A DNA stretch of 64,000 nucleotides from an uncultured Christensenella sp. (GTDB lineage Bacteria; Bacillota; Clostridia; Christensenellales; UBA3700): contig CASFWW010000038.1 in NCBI GenBank assembly GCA_949298505.1, positions 28,725 to 92,724 on the forward strand, given 5' to 3'. The notes under the pieces are model-generated. The model made no database searches. It was not told where the DNA came from and was given only the letters and a program-made list of their open reading frames with translations. Shown here piece after piece: positions 35,923 to 44,812 of this stretch. Numbering within the stretch: position 1 is the first letter of the stretch; the number at the start of each line of letters is the position of its first letter. The position numbers were made by a program, and so were the translations under genes.

Positions 35923-37545
35923 ATGAAAAAACAGGCGGTTTGCATATTCGTAATATTGCTGTTTGCCGTGACGCTTATACCTGCGCTTACCGGTTTTTCA
36001 GAAGCGACTGAGCCTATGCCCGATTATACGGTAAGGGGCAGGACTTTCAATCTGCCGATAATTATCGACGGCGAAGGAGAGGTTGTCGCCGTAAGCAGGG
36101 GAGTAGTTTTCAACGCAGATTCTTTTCCCTTAGCCTACGATAAATACGACAATGGAAATTTTCAGGATTATGCAACGTCTGTCAATGCAACCACCGTTTA
36201 TCAAAACGTTTCCGATAAAGACGCCGTAGTAAGGGCATGCGTCTACGTCGGAACGCAAGCGGATAAATTCAGCCTGTTCGGGGAGTTTTACAGCGTTGTC
36301 GCAGACGGCGCGGAAGCGGAAGGAAAGGACCGTTATGCGTACCGCGGCAAATATTCGTTCGACAACGACGAGAAAACGATATCTTCTCTTAATGACGAAA
36401 GAAGAACGGACGGCAGATTTGACGCAAACACCGTCGTAACGGAATACGTATACCGGGTCGCTTGCGACACGGACGGGGAATTCGAATTGTTCGTAACCGC
36501 CGACACGGGCGAAGATCTCGCGTTTTTCGCAGAAGGAGAGAAACATCTCGAAGGCGACGATTTCATTATTTACCGCATAAACGCAAAAGACGGAGACGAG
36601 ATAAAATGCTATGCCGTCGGCGGGGATACAAATATTGAATTTGTTGCCGAAAAAGACGCAAAGGAGCTGAATTGCGTAGCGGATATGGTCGTGAAGAGAG
36701 AGTCGGGTCTTTCGGATTTTGCCGACGGGTCTTGCGTGATCGGAGACAGCGAAAGCGCGCGCGTCGACTGGTTCAATCTGCTGACGGATTATCTGGAAGA
36801 CGGAATTTCTGACAAGGACTCAGATCCGTTCACCGCCACTGAGGAGTTTGCGGAAAAATACGTTGCGCTCATAAAGGAATACGGCTTTGAGGTAAAGGCG
36901 GGAGACAGCGTTTCCTGCGGATATTCCGCCCCGCTTTTTCCTCATATAGACGAAAATTACGAGCCGAATTATTACCGCTACGAGTTTAGCGCGGAAAAAA
37001 ACGGAGAGAGCGCGGACGGCTGCATAACGCAATATATAATAAAAACGCCGTATTGTCTGACAGGTCTTCCGGGCGCGGAAAAGACGGAGGAAGGTTATGA
37101 GTTCAAGGACGAGAGCACTTCCGTTTGTTTCAGCCTCTGCGCAGAAGAAAACCCGGAGTTCGTCGGCATTGTTTATTCGCACGGGGAATTTTATTCAGAA
37201 GTTTTCTTCGCGTCGCACGTGATATGGTGCGTTGAAGCCTTTCTTGTGATCTGTTTCGCCGTTGCGAACGTCGCGGAGGGAGCGAAGAGAGGAGTTCGCG
37301 GCGAAGATCTTATGAAGAGGGCGGCAAGGGCGATCGGAATTTGCATCGCCTCTCTCGCGATCGCCGCGTTGTTCACTTTCATTTCGCTGTATTGCGTCCA
37401 CGGTGCGGCATCGGACGCAGACATTATCGTAACGATAGTCGCATCTGAAATTATGTCGGCGGCAGTTACCGCGGCAGACTGCGGACTGTTGATTGTAAAG
37501 AAAAGAAAAAATGACGGAACGGGTGAACAAAGCGACCCGGCGTAA
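35923..37545 (+). CDS. Secreted/membrane-anchored protein of unknown family (paralog 1)
   Basis: Signal peptide MKKQAVCIFVILLFAVTLIPALTG, an ectodomain of about 420 aa, and three C-terminal hydrophobic helices. Shares APL.P...ENYEP..Y.Y and TPY motifs with 37643-39295. Confidence 0.7.
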   Translation: MKKQAVCIFVILLFAVTLIPALTGFSEATEPMPDYTVRGRTFNLPIIIDGEGEVVAVSRGVVFNADSFPLAYDKYDNGNFQDYATSVNATTVYQNVSDKDAVVRACVYVGTQADKFSLFGEFYSVVADGAEAEGKDRYAYRGKYSFDNDEKTISSLNDERRTDGRFDANTVVTEYVYRVACDTDGEFELFVTADTGEDLAFFAEGEKHLEGDDFIIYRINAKDGDEIKCYAVGGDTNIEFVAEKDAKELNCVADMVVKRESGLSDFADGSCVIGDSESARVDWFNLLTDYLEDGISDKDSDPFTATEEFAEKYVALIKEYGFEVKAGDSVSCGYSAPLFPHIDENYEPNYYRYEFSAEKNGESADGCITQYIIKTPYCLTGLPGAEKTEEGYEFKDESTSVCFSLCAEENPEFVGIVYSHGEFYSEVFFASHVIWCVEAFLVICFAVANVAEGAKRGVRGEDLMKRAARAIGICIASLAIAALFTFISLYCVHGAASDADIIVTIVASEIMSAAVTAADCGLLIVKKRKNDGTGEQSDPA

Positions 37546-37642
37546 AACCGACAGAGTATTGCCGTTTGATTCCGTGTATGGTACACTTAAGGCGGATAAA
37601 CCGCCTGTATAATTGCAAAACCCGATAAAGGAGGATTCAGTT

Positions 37643-39295
37643 ATGAAAAGAAAGCTGTTTGCAATAGCGCTTCTTGTAGCTTTGCTGGCGGTCTCGCTTT
37701 CGGCATTGCCGGTCGTTTCGGCAAACTCCGCGCAGATGTACTGGGAGGGGATCACGTCAACGGGCGCGCTGATCGTCGGAGAAGACTGTCCCGTCGTCGT
37801 GAAATCTGAAAAACTGGTATTCGACGTGCCGCATTTTCCGGAAATTGATTACAAATATTCCGACAAACAGAAACTCGCCGATTACGACGCGAAGGTCAGC
37901 GCGACTTACGAGCTTGAAAATCCTGCCGATTACGACGTGAAGGTCAGACTGGCGTTCCCGTTCGGCATAGTGCCGGATTATTTCAACGTCACTGACGAAC
38001 TCGTTGAAAAGTATTCCGTTACCGTTGACGGAGAGGCTGTCGCTAAAAAGGTCAGGTACACGTATAGCGGCGGCAACTGGAACGGCAGTTTCGTAACAGC
38101 TGAAGCAGTTGCGCGGCTCAGAGACGAAAAGGCTGAGAACGGCTGGATCAACGGCGACGCGCACGTTCTCACGGTCAGGTACGTCGCGGACGGAGCCGGG
38201 TACGACGGGTTCGACGCGATATTCACAGTCAACGGACGAGAGGACGTTTGTTTTATTCTCGATTACAACTATTATAAAAAGAGCAAAGACCGGATAGAAA
38301 CCGGCGTTCTTGTAAACGACGGCAAAACTTTCGATTTTTCGATCGTCTATGCCGGAGAAGCTCCGGACGTGGAATTCCGCGCGGAGAACGACGGCAAGGA
38401 GGTCGGCAGTACGCTTGAAAAGATTTCGGAAAACGTCTGCACGCTTGCGGAATTTGCCGCCGAAAACAATCCTTTTTCGGGAAACGACGCGGTAACTGAA
38501 ACCGACTGGCACAACGTCGTCGTGGATTACGTCGCTTCTGGAAACGGCGTTGTCGGCAACGAACTGAGCAGGGACACAGAGCGTTTCGTTTCAAATAATG
38601 TGATGTGCTGGTACGAATACGAACTTTCTCTGCCCGCAGGCGCCGCTGTGACTAATACGGTGACCGCGCCGCTTATTCCGGATACAAACGAGAATTACGA
38701 GCCTCCCGTTTACATATACGACTATCTGCTGTCTCCGGCAAAGGACTGGGCTGAATTCGGAACTCTGGAAATAGAGATAAACACCCCGTACGTCCTGCTT
38801 GACGCGGAGAAGAACGGTTATGTCAGAACGGAGGCGGGATATCGCAAAAGCTACGATTCGCTCCCGGACGGGGAACTGACTTTCCGCCTCAGCGAAAGCG
38901 GAAATCCTGAACGTAAACCCAACGGATATTTTGCAATGACCATGCTTTTTATCCTGATGGGAGCCGTGCCCTTGCTCGGGGTCGCAGGAATTGCGGCGGT
39001 GATAACGGTCGCAAGCGTGGGAGCCGCCAGGCGTAACGCAAAGGAAAGCGACGCTGAAAAGAGAAAGAAGAATACTGTCGTTGCGGCGAAAATCGGGTTT
39101 GTATCCTCGCTCGCATACGCGCTCGTTCTGTTGTTGCCGCTGATATCGCTGTTCGCCGGACTCAGCAATGCTGCGGCGCTGATCACGCTTACGGTTGCAT
39201 GCGCCCTGATCGCGGCGGCGGTGCTGTATTTCGCGATAACTTTGCTCAGAGAAAAGAAGCAGGAAAAGGATATTTCCGCGTCGCGGGAACAGTAA
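37643..39295 (+). CDS. Secreted/membrane-anchored protein of unknown family (paralog 2)
   Basis: Signal peptide MKRKLFAIALLVALLAVSLSALPVVSA. Ectodomain followed by three C-terminal TM helices and a basic tail. AGGAGG RBS. Confidence 0.7.
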   Translation: MKRKLFAIALLVALLAVSLSALPVVSANSAQMYWEGITSTGALIVGEDCPVVVKSEKLVFDVPHFPEIDYKYSDKQKLADYDAKVSATYELENPADYDVKVRLAFPFGIVPDYFNVTDELVEKYSVTVDGEAVAKKVRYTYSGGNWNGSFVTAEAVARLRDEKAENGWINGDAHVLTVRYVADGAGYDGFDAIFTVNGREDVCFILDYNYYKKSKDRIETGVLVNDGKTFDFSIVYAGEAPDVEFRAENDGKEVGSTLEKISENVCTLAEFAAENNPFSGNDAVTETDWHNVVVDYVASGNGVVGNELSRDTERFVSNNVMCWYEYELSLPAGAAVTNTVTAPLIPDTNENYEPPVYIYDYLLSPAKDWAEFGTLEIEINTPYVLLDAEKNGYVRTEAGYRKSYDSLPDGELTFRLSESGNPERKPNGYFAMTMLFILMGAVPLLGVAGIAAVITVASVGAARRNAKESDAEKRKKNTVVAAKIGFVSSLAYALVLLLPLISLFAGLSNAAALITLTVACALIAAAVLYFAITLLREKKQEKDISASREQ

Positions 39296-39572
39296 GATTA
39301 CGTCCATAATATCAAAACGGGAGACAAAACCGTTTTGTCCATAAATATTCACGATATGTACTGTCAGGCGGAGCGTTAAAGCCCCGCCTTTCGTTTGTCT
39401 GGAGGCATAAGCTGTTAAAATCATCGCCGAATACAGTTGCCTTGTCGCAGAATGTGTGGCAAATTCAAAAAGTAAACAGGATATTTCCGCCGCTACGCAA
39501 AATCGCGTATCAAACGGTGTCGGATTGTAAATAAAAGAAATGTCCCAGCATAAATTGTAGAGAAAAGACGAC

Positions 39573-40193
39573 ATGGAGGAAAAGATGAAACTGATCGACG
39601 AAAAGACGACTTATATTTCACCTGAAGCAAAGATAGCGGAAAGCGCGGTCATATATCCCAACAACACGATAATGGGAGAAACCGTCATCGGAGAGAACAC
39701 CGTGATCATGCCCAACTGCATAATAGACGGTTGTTTGATCGGAAACAACGTGAAGATCACCGCCAGCGTAATGGAAGGCGCGACGATAGCGGACGGCGCG
39801 ACTGTCGGACCATTCGCATACCTCAGAAAGGGGTCCGACGTGGGAAAGAACTGCCGCGTCGGAGATTTCGTGGAGATCAAGAATGCGAAGATAGGCGACG
39901 GCACCAAGGTCGCGCACCTGACTTACGTCGGAGACTGCGAACTGGGCGAAAAGTGCAACATAGGTTGCGGCGTCGTCTTCGTCAATTACGACGGAAAGCA
40001 AAAGCACCGCACGACTGTGGGCGATCATTGTTTCATCGGCAGCAACTGCAACGTGATCGCGCCGGTCAGCATTGCGGACGGAAGTTACATTGCGGCGGGC
40101 ACCACGGTCACGGAGAGCACGCCCGCAGACAGCCTCGTGGTGGGCAGAGCGCGTCAGGTCGTAAAAGAAGGACGCGGAAAAGGAAGATTTTAA
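39573..40193 (+). CDS. Glucosamine-1-phosphate N-acetyltransferase domain only (stand-alone C-terminal LbH half of GlmU)
   Basis: Aligns by eye to the E. coli GlmU C-terminus: GPFAYLRKG, GDFVEIKNA, AHLTYVGD, VNYDGKQKHRTTVGD, IAAGTTVT. No uridylyltransferase domain. An alternative start lies at 39585. Confidence 0.8.
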   Translation: MEEKMKLIDEKTTYISPEAKIAESAVIYPNNTIMGETVIGENTVIMPNCIIDGCLIGNNVKITASVMEGATIADGATVGPFAYLRKGSDVGKNCRVGDFVEIKNAKIGDGTKVAHLTYVGDCELGEKCNIGCGVVFVNYDGKQKHRTTVGDHCFIGSNCNVIAPVSIADGSYIAAGTTVTESTPADSLVVGRARQVVKEGRGKGRF

Positions 40194-40203
40194 GGAGTAG
40201 ATT

Positions 40204-41505
40204 ATGTATTTCGGAACAGACGGTATAAGAGGGGTCGCTAATCTGGACCTCACGTGTCCGCTCGCACTCAGCGTGGGCAATGCGCTTGCGAGCATGAAAA
40301 AGAATTGCCGAGTACTCATCGGCATGGATACGCGCGTATCCGGCGATATGCTTCTGCACGCCGTGGCGACGGGCGTGATGCAGGGCGGAGGAGACGTGCT
40401 TGACGTTGGAGTCATGCCCACGGCGGGCATCGCGTATCTTACGCGCTTCTATAAAGCGGATTACGGCGTCGTGATAAGCGCGTCTCACAATCCCGCCGAA
40501 TATAACGGCATCAAGGTTTTCGATTCTGAAGGCTACAAGCTTGGAGACAAGAGAGAAAGGGAGCTGGAACAGAGAATGGCAAACCCCCACGTCGTGAAAG
40601 CGATCGCAACGGGCAAGTATATGTTCATGCACGACTCCGCGGCAGATTACGTCAAATTCCTTTTGTCGAGCATCCAAGGTCTGAAAGGGCTCAGGGTCCT
40701 TGTTGACTGTTCCAACGGCGCGTCCGGCAGAGTGGCGAAGAACGTGTTCGAGCAGGCGGGCGCAAGCGTGACCGTGATCAACACGTCGACTGCGGGAATA
40801 GACATCAACGAAAACGTAGGCGCGCTGTACGCGTCCAATCTCGCGCCCAAGGTCAGGGACGGCGGCTTCGACGTCGGCTTTGCCTACGACGGCGACGCGG
40901 ACAGACTCATTGCCGTTGACGAAAAGGGAAACGTAGTGGACGGCGACCATTTGTTGTATATTCTTGCGTGCGAAGCGAAAAAACGCGGATGTCTTGAAAC
41001 GGGAAGCGTTGTGGGCACGCACCATACCAATATGGGCGTTCAGGAAGCGCTTGAAAGCAAGGGCATAAAACTGGTGAGAGCTGACATAGGCGACAAATAC
41101 GTGCTCGAGCAGATGCTCAAAGACGGCTCGCCTCTCGGAGCGGAGCAGTCAGGGCACATCATAATGAGCAAACATTCGACGACGGGAGACGGAATACTCG
41201 CTTCACTCGTTATCGCGCAGATAATCGCGGATTCGGGCAAGACGCTTTCTCAGCTTGACGAAGCGAAAGGTTACGCCCAGGTCAACATCAACGTGCCGGT
41301 AACCGACAAACTGAGAGTGATAAACAACGAGGCTGTGACCAACGAAGTGAGCAGAATTTACGAACAGCTCGCGGGTCAGGGCAGGGTGCTTCTGCGTGCT
41401 TCGGGCACGGAATCCAAGATCAGGATCATGGTCGAGTGCAGGAGCGAGAACAAGGCGAAAACTCTGGCAAAACGCCTCGAGAGCGTGCTCAAAAGCGTAA
41501 AATAA
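40204..41505 (+). CDS. glmM: Phosphoglucosamine mutase
   Basis: MYFGTDGIRGVAN, ISASHNPAEYNGIK (active-site Ser), GFAYDGDADR, GAEQSGH. Confidence 0.92.
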   Translation: MYFGTDGIRGVANLDLTCPLALSVGNALASMKKNCRVLIGMDTRVSGDMLLHAVATGVMQGGGDVLDVGVMPTAGIAYLTRFYKADYGVVISASHNPAEYNGIKVFDSEGYKLGDKRERELEQRMANPHVVKAIATGKYMFMHDSAADYVKFLLSSIQGLKGLRVLVDCSNGASGRVAKNVFEQAGASVTVINTSTAGIDINENVGALYASNLAPKVRDGGFDVGFAYDGDADRLIAVDEKGNVVDGDHLLYILACEAKKRGCLETGSVVGTHHTNMGVQEALESKGIKLVRADIGDKYVLEQMLKDGSPLGAEQSGHIIMSKHSTTGDGILASLVIAQIIADSGKTLSQLDEAKGYAQVNINVPVTDKLRVINNEAVTNEVSRIYEQLAGQGRVLLRASGTESKIRIMVECRSENKAKTLAKRLESVLKSVK

Positions 41506-41548
41506 TTAAATTTTACAAAGATTTTACATTTAAGTTCTGTTTAAGCCG

Positions 41549-41577
41549 TTGAAAATTACTTAAATAAATGTTAAAAT
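41549..41577 (+). promoter_or_regulatory. Candidate promoter (extended -10) for the large lipoprotein gene
   Basis: TTGAAA, 17 nt ending in TGT, TAAAAT. Confidence 0.5.
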
Positions 41578-41635
41578 TTTTTTGATAAAGGGGTAGCATC
41601 CTCTTTAAAAAGGCAAATGTGGAGGTTTGGTTATT

Positions 41636-44635
41636 ATGAGAAAGAACAGATTTCTGATTCTTATCGCTCTCGTTCTCGTGTGCGCTCTGCTCGCGGTTAC
41701 GGTAGTCGGTTGCCAGAAGACGGACAATAATACCGAAGGCAACGGCAATACGACCACTGTTCCGGACAACGGCAACACGGGCGATAACGATAACGGCACC
41801 GGTGACAATACCGGAAACAACGACGGAAACTGGAGTACCGGAGACGGCAGCGGTTCTACTTCCGACAACGGAAGCACCCTGCAGCTCTCAGATGTTGACT
41901 CTTACATAACTTTCGACGTTAATGCCGACAGCGCTGACGACATTCAGGTCACCACCGCTACCGGCGGCAGCGTTGCGGTCGACATCAAGTCAAACAACGG
42001 CGTTTACACCGTGTGGGCTCCTGCCGGCGGTTATGAAAAAGGACGCATTTACAGGATCACGCTTTCCAACGGCGCTTCGTTTGTGAAATACGACGGCGTT
42101 GACGTGATTTTGTTCCAGATCGGCAATTCTGCCAACAACATCAAGATCAATGCAGGATATCTGACTTACAGCGAGAAGGCGGCAACTTTCGGTGAAGAGA
42201 GCACTGACGGCTACGGCGTTACTACCGGAGCTATGACTCTTCAGACGAATTCCGTTTCTCCGATGGCGGCGGGCACAATTTTCCTCATCGAGATGGCAGA
42301 CGGTAGCCAGTCCGCATACAAAGTCACCAAGGCGACTGAAGCTCAGGCAGGCATTTACCTGATCAACTACGTAAAGCCTGACATCGACGAAGTTTTCGAA
42401 GAGTTCGAATACAGCGCTACCAGCAAGATGACTGCTGACAGCGACGTCGATTTCGACTATATGGGCGGCAAGGAAGCTTTGAACAACAGCGAACTTGCGA
42501 TGAGCATTGTCGAAATGTTCGGTTCCAAGCCCGAATTCGACATTTCCGTTCCCGAGTTTGATCAGAGCGGACACGTTGTGGTTGACATCACGATCACCAT
42601 CCCCAACGTCGTTACCGTTCAGGAATTCGGATCAGCCAACCTCGTCATCACCGTTCACAACGTGATGGACGTTTCCGCAAGCGCGAATATCGACAAAGCA
42701 ACGCTTTCTGAAGAATTCTCTCTGAAGGCAACCGTTAAAAACGACATCACCACCACCGTATCTCTCGGTGCGAACGGCGGCTACACCGGCGCGGTCAACG
42801 TTCCCGAACTTATGGATAAGCTCGCTGAACTCGCAAACGACAGCGATGACGACGCAACTGCGGTTCCTCTGTTCAAGTGGACTGTTCCCATTGCAAACGG
42901 CGTTGCTTCCATTACATACAATGCTGATCTGATGTTCAGATTCAGCGTCGGCGGTGAAATCAACGCTGCGGCGCACGCTCAGCTCAACTACGAAGTCGGC
43001 GTTATGTACACCGAAGCTTACGGTCTGAGCACTTATGCGAACGAGATCGACGAAAATGGTTTCGACAGCGTTCAGGTGAACGTCGCCGGTCAGGCTGAAC
43101 TCAAGATCGGTCTCAGACAGGACCTCAGCTTTGACATCCTCGCAGGCGTTCTCGGCATCGGCATCGAAGCGGAGATCGGCAACTACAACAGACTTTACGG
43201 TTACGGAGAATCCTCCAACCTTATAGACGAAGCTGACGACTACTTCGCAGGCGGCGTTTATTTCGAAGGCGGTTTCTACTATGACATCAACCTTTCTTAC
43301 GGCCTCAAGATCGGCAGCATCCTCAATCTCTCAGACAAGGTCGACATCGTTGACGGCGAGATCAAGGGCTACGAAGCAGGCGAGAGATACCTCGTTCTCG
43401 GCGTAGGCGCTGAATACGAGAATTACAGACTCACCGCGCTGAACACCAACGTTCCCGCTATCTACTACAAGAACATGTATGACCTCGTCACAAGAACGAG
43501 ATACACCGAAGCGGCTGTCGCTGAAGAATTCACTTTCGAGAGCGCAGGCAAGGATCTTGCGATCGAGAATTACGTTCTCAAGGTAACCAAGGACATCGCT
43601 CCCACTGTCGTTACCGCGACGTATGTGGCTGATCCCGATCTGAGCGTTGAAGTCAAGTACAGCTTCTCTCTCGAGGATCCCGTGCTCGTCAACGACACCA
43701 TCGTGATCGACAAGACTTCTTACAACAACGCAAACGCTACGCTTGAATTCGGCATCAAATACAACGGTTTCGCAAATGCGGCTACCACCGTCACCAGCGA
43801 CGATGTGACCGTCAGCGTAGTTGACGTCGACGACACGACTTACACCGCTACCGTTTCCGTTCCCGTCAAAGAGCTTCTCAAGCTTGACAACGGCATGAAC
43901 GAGATCGGTCTGACCGTCGGCACCAAGTCTGTTGTGCTCAATCTCGACGTGCAGGGTAAGGTTGCATGGAACCAGTTCGCTACCGGTGCAAACAGCTACA
44001 GCGTGTTCACCGCCGATCAGATCGAGAATATGGTAAACAGTAACGCTTCCTTCGACAATGCAGTTATCACGATAACCGACGACATTGACATGAAGGGCGC
44101 TGAGCTCGCTCCCATCGCAGTCTTCAACGGCACTCTGCAGGGTAACGGCAAGTCCATCAGCAACTACACCGTCAAGTCTTTCGCAGGCGAGAAGGCAGGC
44201 TTCGTTGCTGTGAACAACGGCACGATCGACAACGTTGTGTTTGCAGGTAACGTTGACGTGGCTCTTGAAGCTACCGTCGGCAAGGATTACGCAGTGGCAG
44301 GTATCGCCGCAGTCAACAACGGCACGATCAGCAACTGCGCGGTTACCGGAGACGTGAACGTTTACTCCTACGGTCTTGCGACTATCGTCGAGTTTGACGT
44401 CGCGGCAGTCACCGCAATCAACAACAGCAACTGCGATCTGACTTCCAACACCGGCTCGAGCGAAGGCATCTCCAACGTGAAAGTTACCGTCAAGTTTGAC
44501 CTTGTCAACGTAGAGGTCAGAGTGGGCGACCTGACTTCCACCACGAAGGGTATCGCAAACGTCAACATCGTTACCGGTTGCGAGAACTGCGCTAACGACG
44601 GCCCCTGGGCTACGAGCATCAAAGAAGCAAAGTAA
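41636..44635 (+). CDS. Large surface lipoprotein (about 1000 aa) with an N/G/T/D-rich linker and C-terminal GLUG-like repeats
   Basis: MRKNRFLILIALVLVCALLAVTVVGC lipobox. Low-complexity stretch NNTEGNGNTTTVPDNGNTGDNDNGTGDNTGNNDGN. The C-terminus has AGFVAVNNGTIDNVVFAGNV / VAGIAAVNNGTISNCAVTGDV repeats. Confidence 0.75.
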   Translation: MRKNRFLILIALVLVCALLAVTVVGCQKTDNNTEGNGNTTTVPDNGNTGDNDNGTGDNTGNNDGNWSTGDGSGSTSDNGSTLQLSDVDSYITFDVNADSADDIQVTTATGGSVAVDIKSNNGVYTVWAPAGGYEKGRIYRITLSNGASFVKYDGVDVILFQIGNSANNIKINAGYLTYSEKAATFGEESTDGYGVTTGAMTLQTNSVSPMAAGTIFLIEMADGSQSAYKVTKATEAQAGIYLINYVKPDIDEVFEEFEYSATSKMTADSDVDFDYMGGKEALNNSELAMSIVEMFGSKPEFDISVPEFDQSGHVVVDITITIPNVVTVQEFGSANLVITVHNVMDVSASANIDKATLSEEFSLKATVKNDITTTVSLGANGGYTGAVNVPELMDKLAELANDSDDDATAVPLFKWTVPIANGVASITYNADLMFRFSVGGEINAAAHAQLNYEVGVMYTEAYGLSTYANEIDENGFDSVQVNVAGQAELKIGLRQDLSFDILAGVLGIGIEAEIGNYNRLYGYGESSNLIDEADDYFAGGVYFEGGFYYDINLSYGLKIGSILNLSDKVDIVDGEIKGYEAGERYLVLGVGAEYENYRLTALNTNVPAIYYKNMYDLVTRTRYTEAAVAEEFTFESAGKDLAIENYVLKVTKDIAPTVVTATYVADPDLSVEVKYSFSLEDPVLVNDTIVIDKTSYNNANATLEFGIKYNGFANAATTVTSDDVTVSVVDVDDTTYTATVSVPVKELLKLDNGMNEIGLTVGTKSVVLNLDVQGKVAWNQFATGANSYSVFTADQIENMVNSNASFDNAVITITDDIDMKGAELAPIAVFNGTLQGNGKSISNYTVKSFAGEKAGFVAVNNGTIDNVVFAGNVDVALEATVGKDYAVAGIAAVNNGTISNCAVTGDVNVYSYGLATIVEFDVAAVTAINNSNCDLTSNTGSSEGISNVKVTVKFDLVNVEVRVGDLTSTTKGIANVNIVTGCENCANDGPWATSIKEAK

Positions 44636-44655
44636 TCAGAAATCAAACTTACAAA

Positions 44656-44686
44656 CGGAGCAGTCTTACGGCTGCTCCGCTTTTTA
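44656..44686 (+). terminator. Rho-independent terminator
   Basis: cggagcag-tcttacgg-ctgctccg followed by cTTTTT. Confidence 0.8.
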
Positions 44687-44812
44687 TGTTCTGACGAAGA
44701 AAGGGAAGTCGGAATTAATTTCGCGTACGCGCGATTATATTTGCCTGCTCGCATTGACGGGAAAGCGTAAATAATTTATAATAATCTTGAAGTGGTAATT
44801 ACGGAGGGAATT

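Noticed and set aside
37546-37642. A hairpin aggcgg-ataaa-ccgcct between the two paralog genes, considered as a terminator.
   Set aside because: No T run follows it. It may be a partial attenuator or an mRNA stabiliser, but the evidence is insufficient to call.
38591-39574. A 327-aa minus-strand ORF overlapping the 3' end of paralog 2 and the spacer before the GlmU-half gene.
   Set aside because: It is antisense to a gene with a clear signal peptide and TM architecture. It has a Arg/Gln/His-rich translation, no RBS and no motifs.
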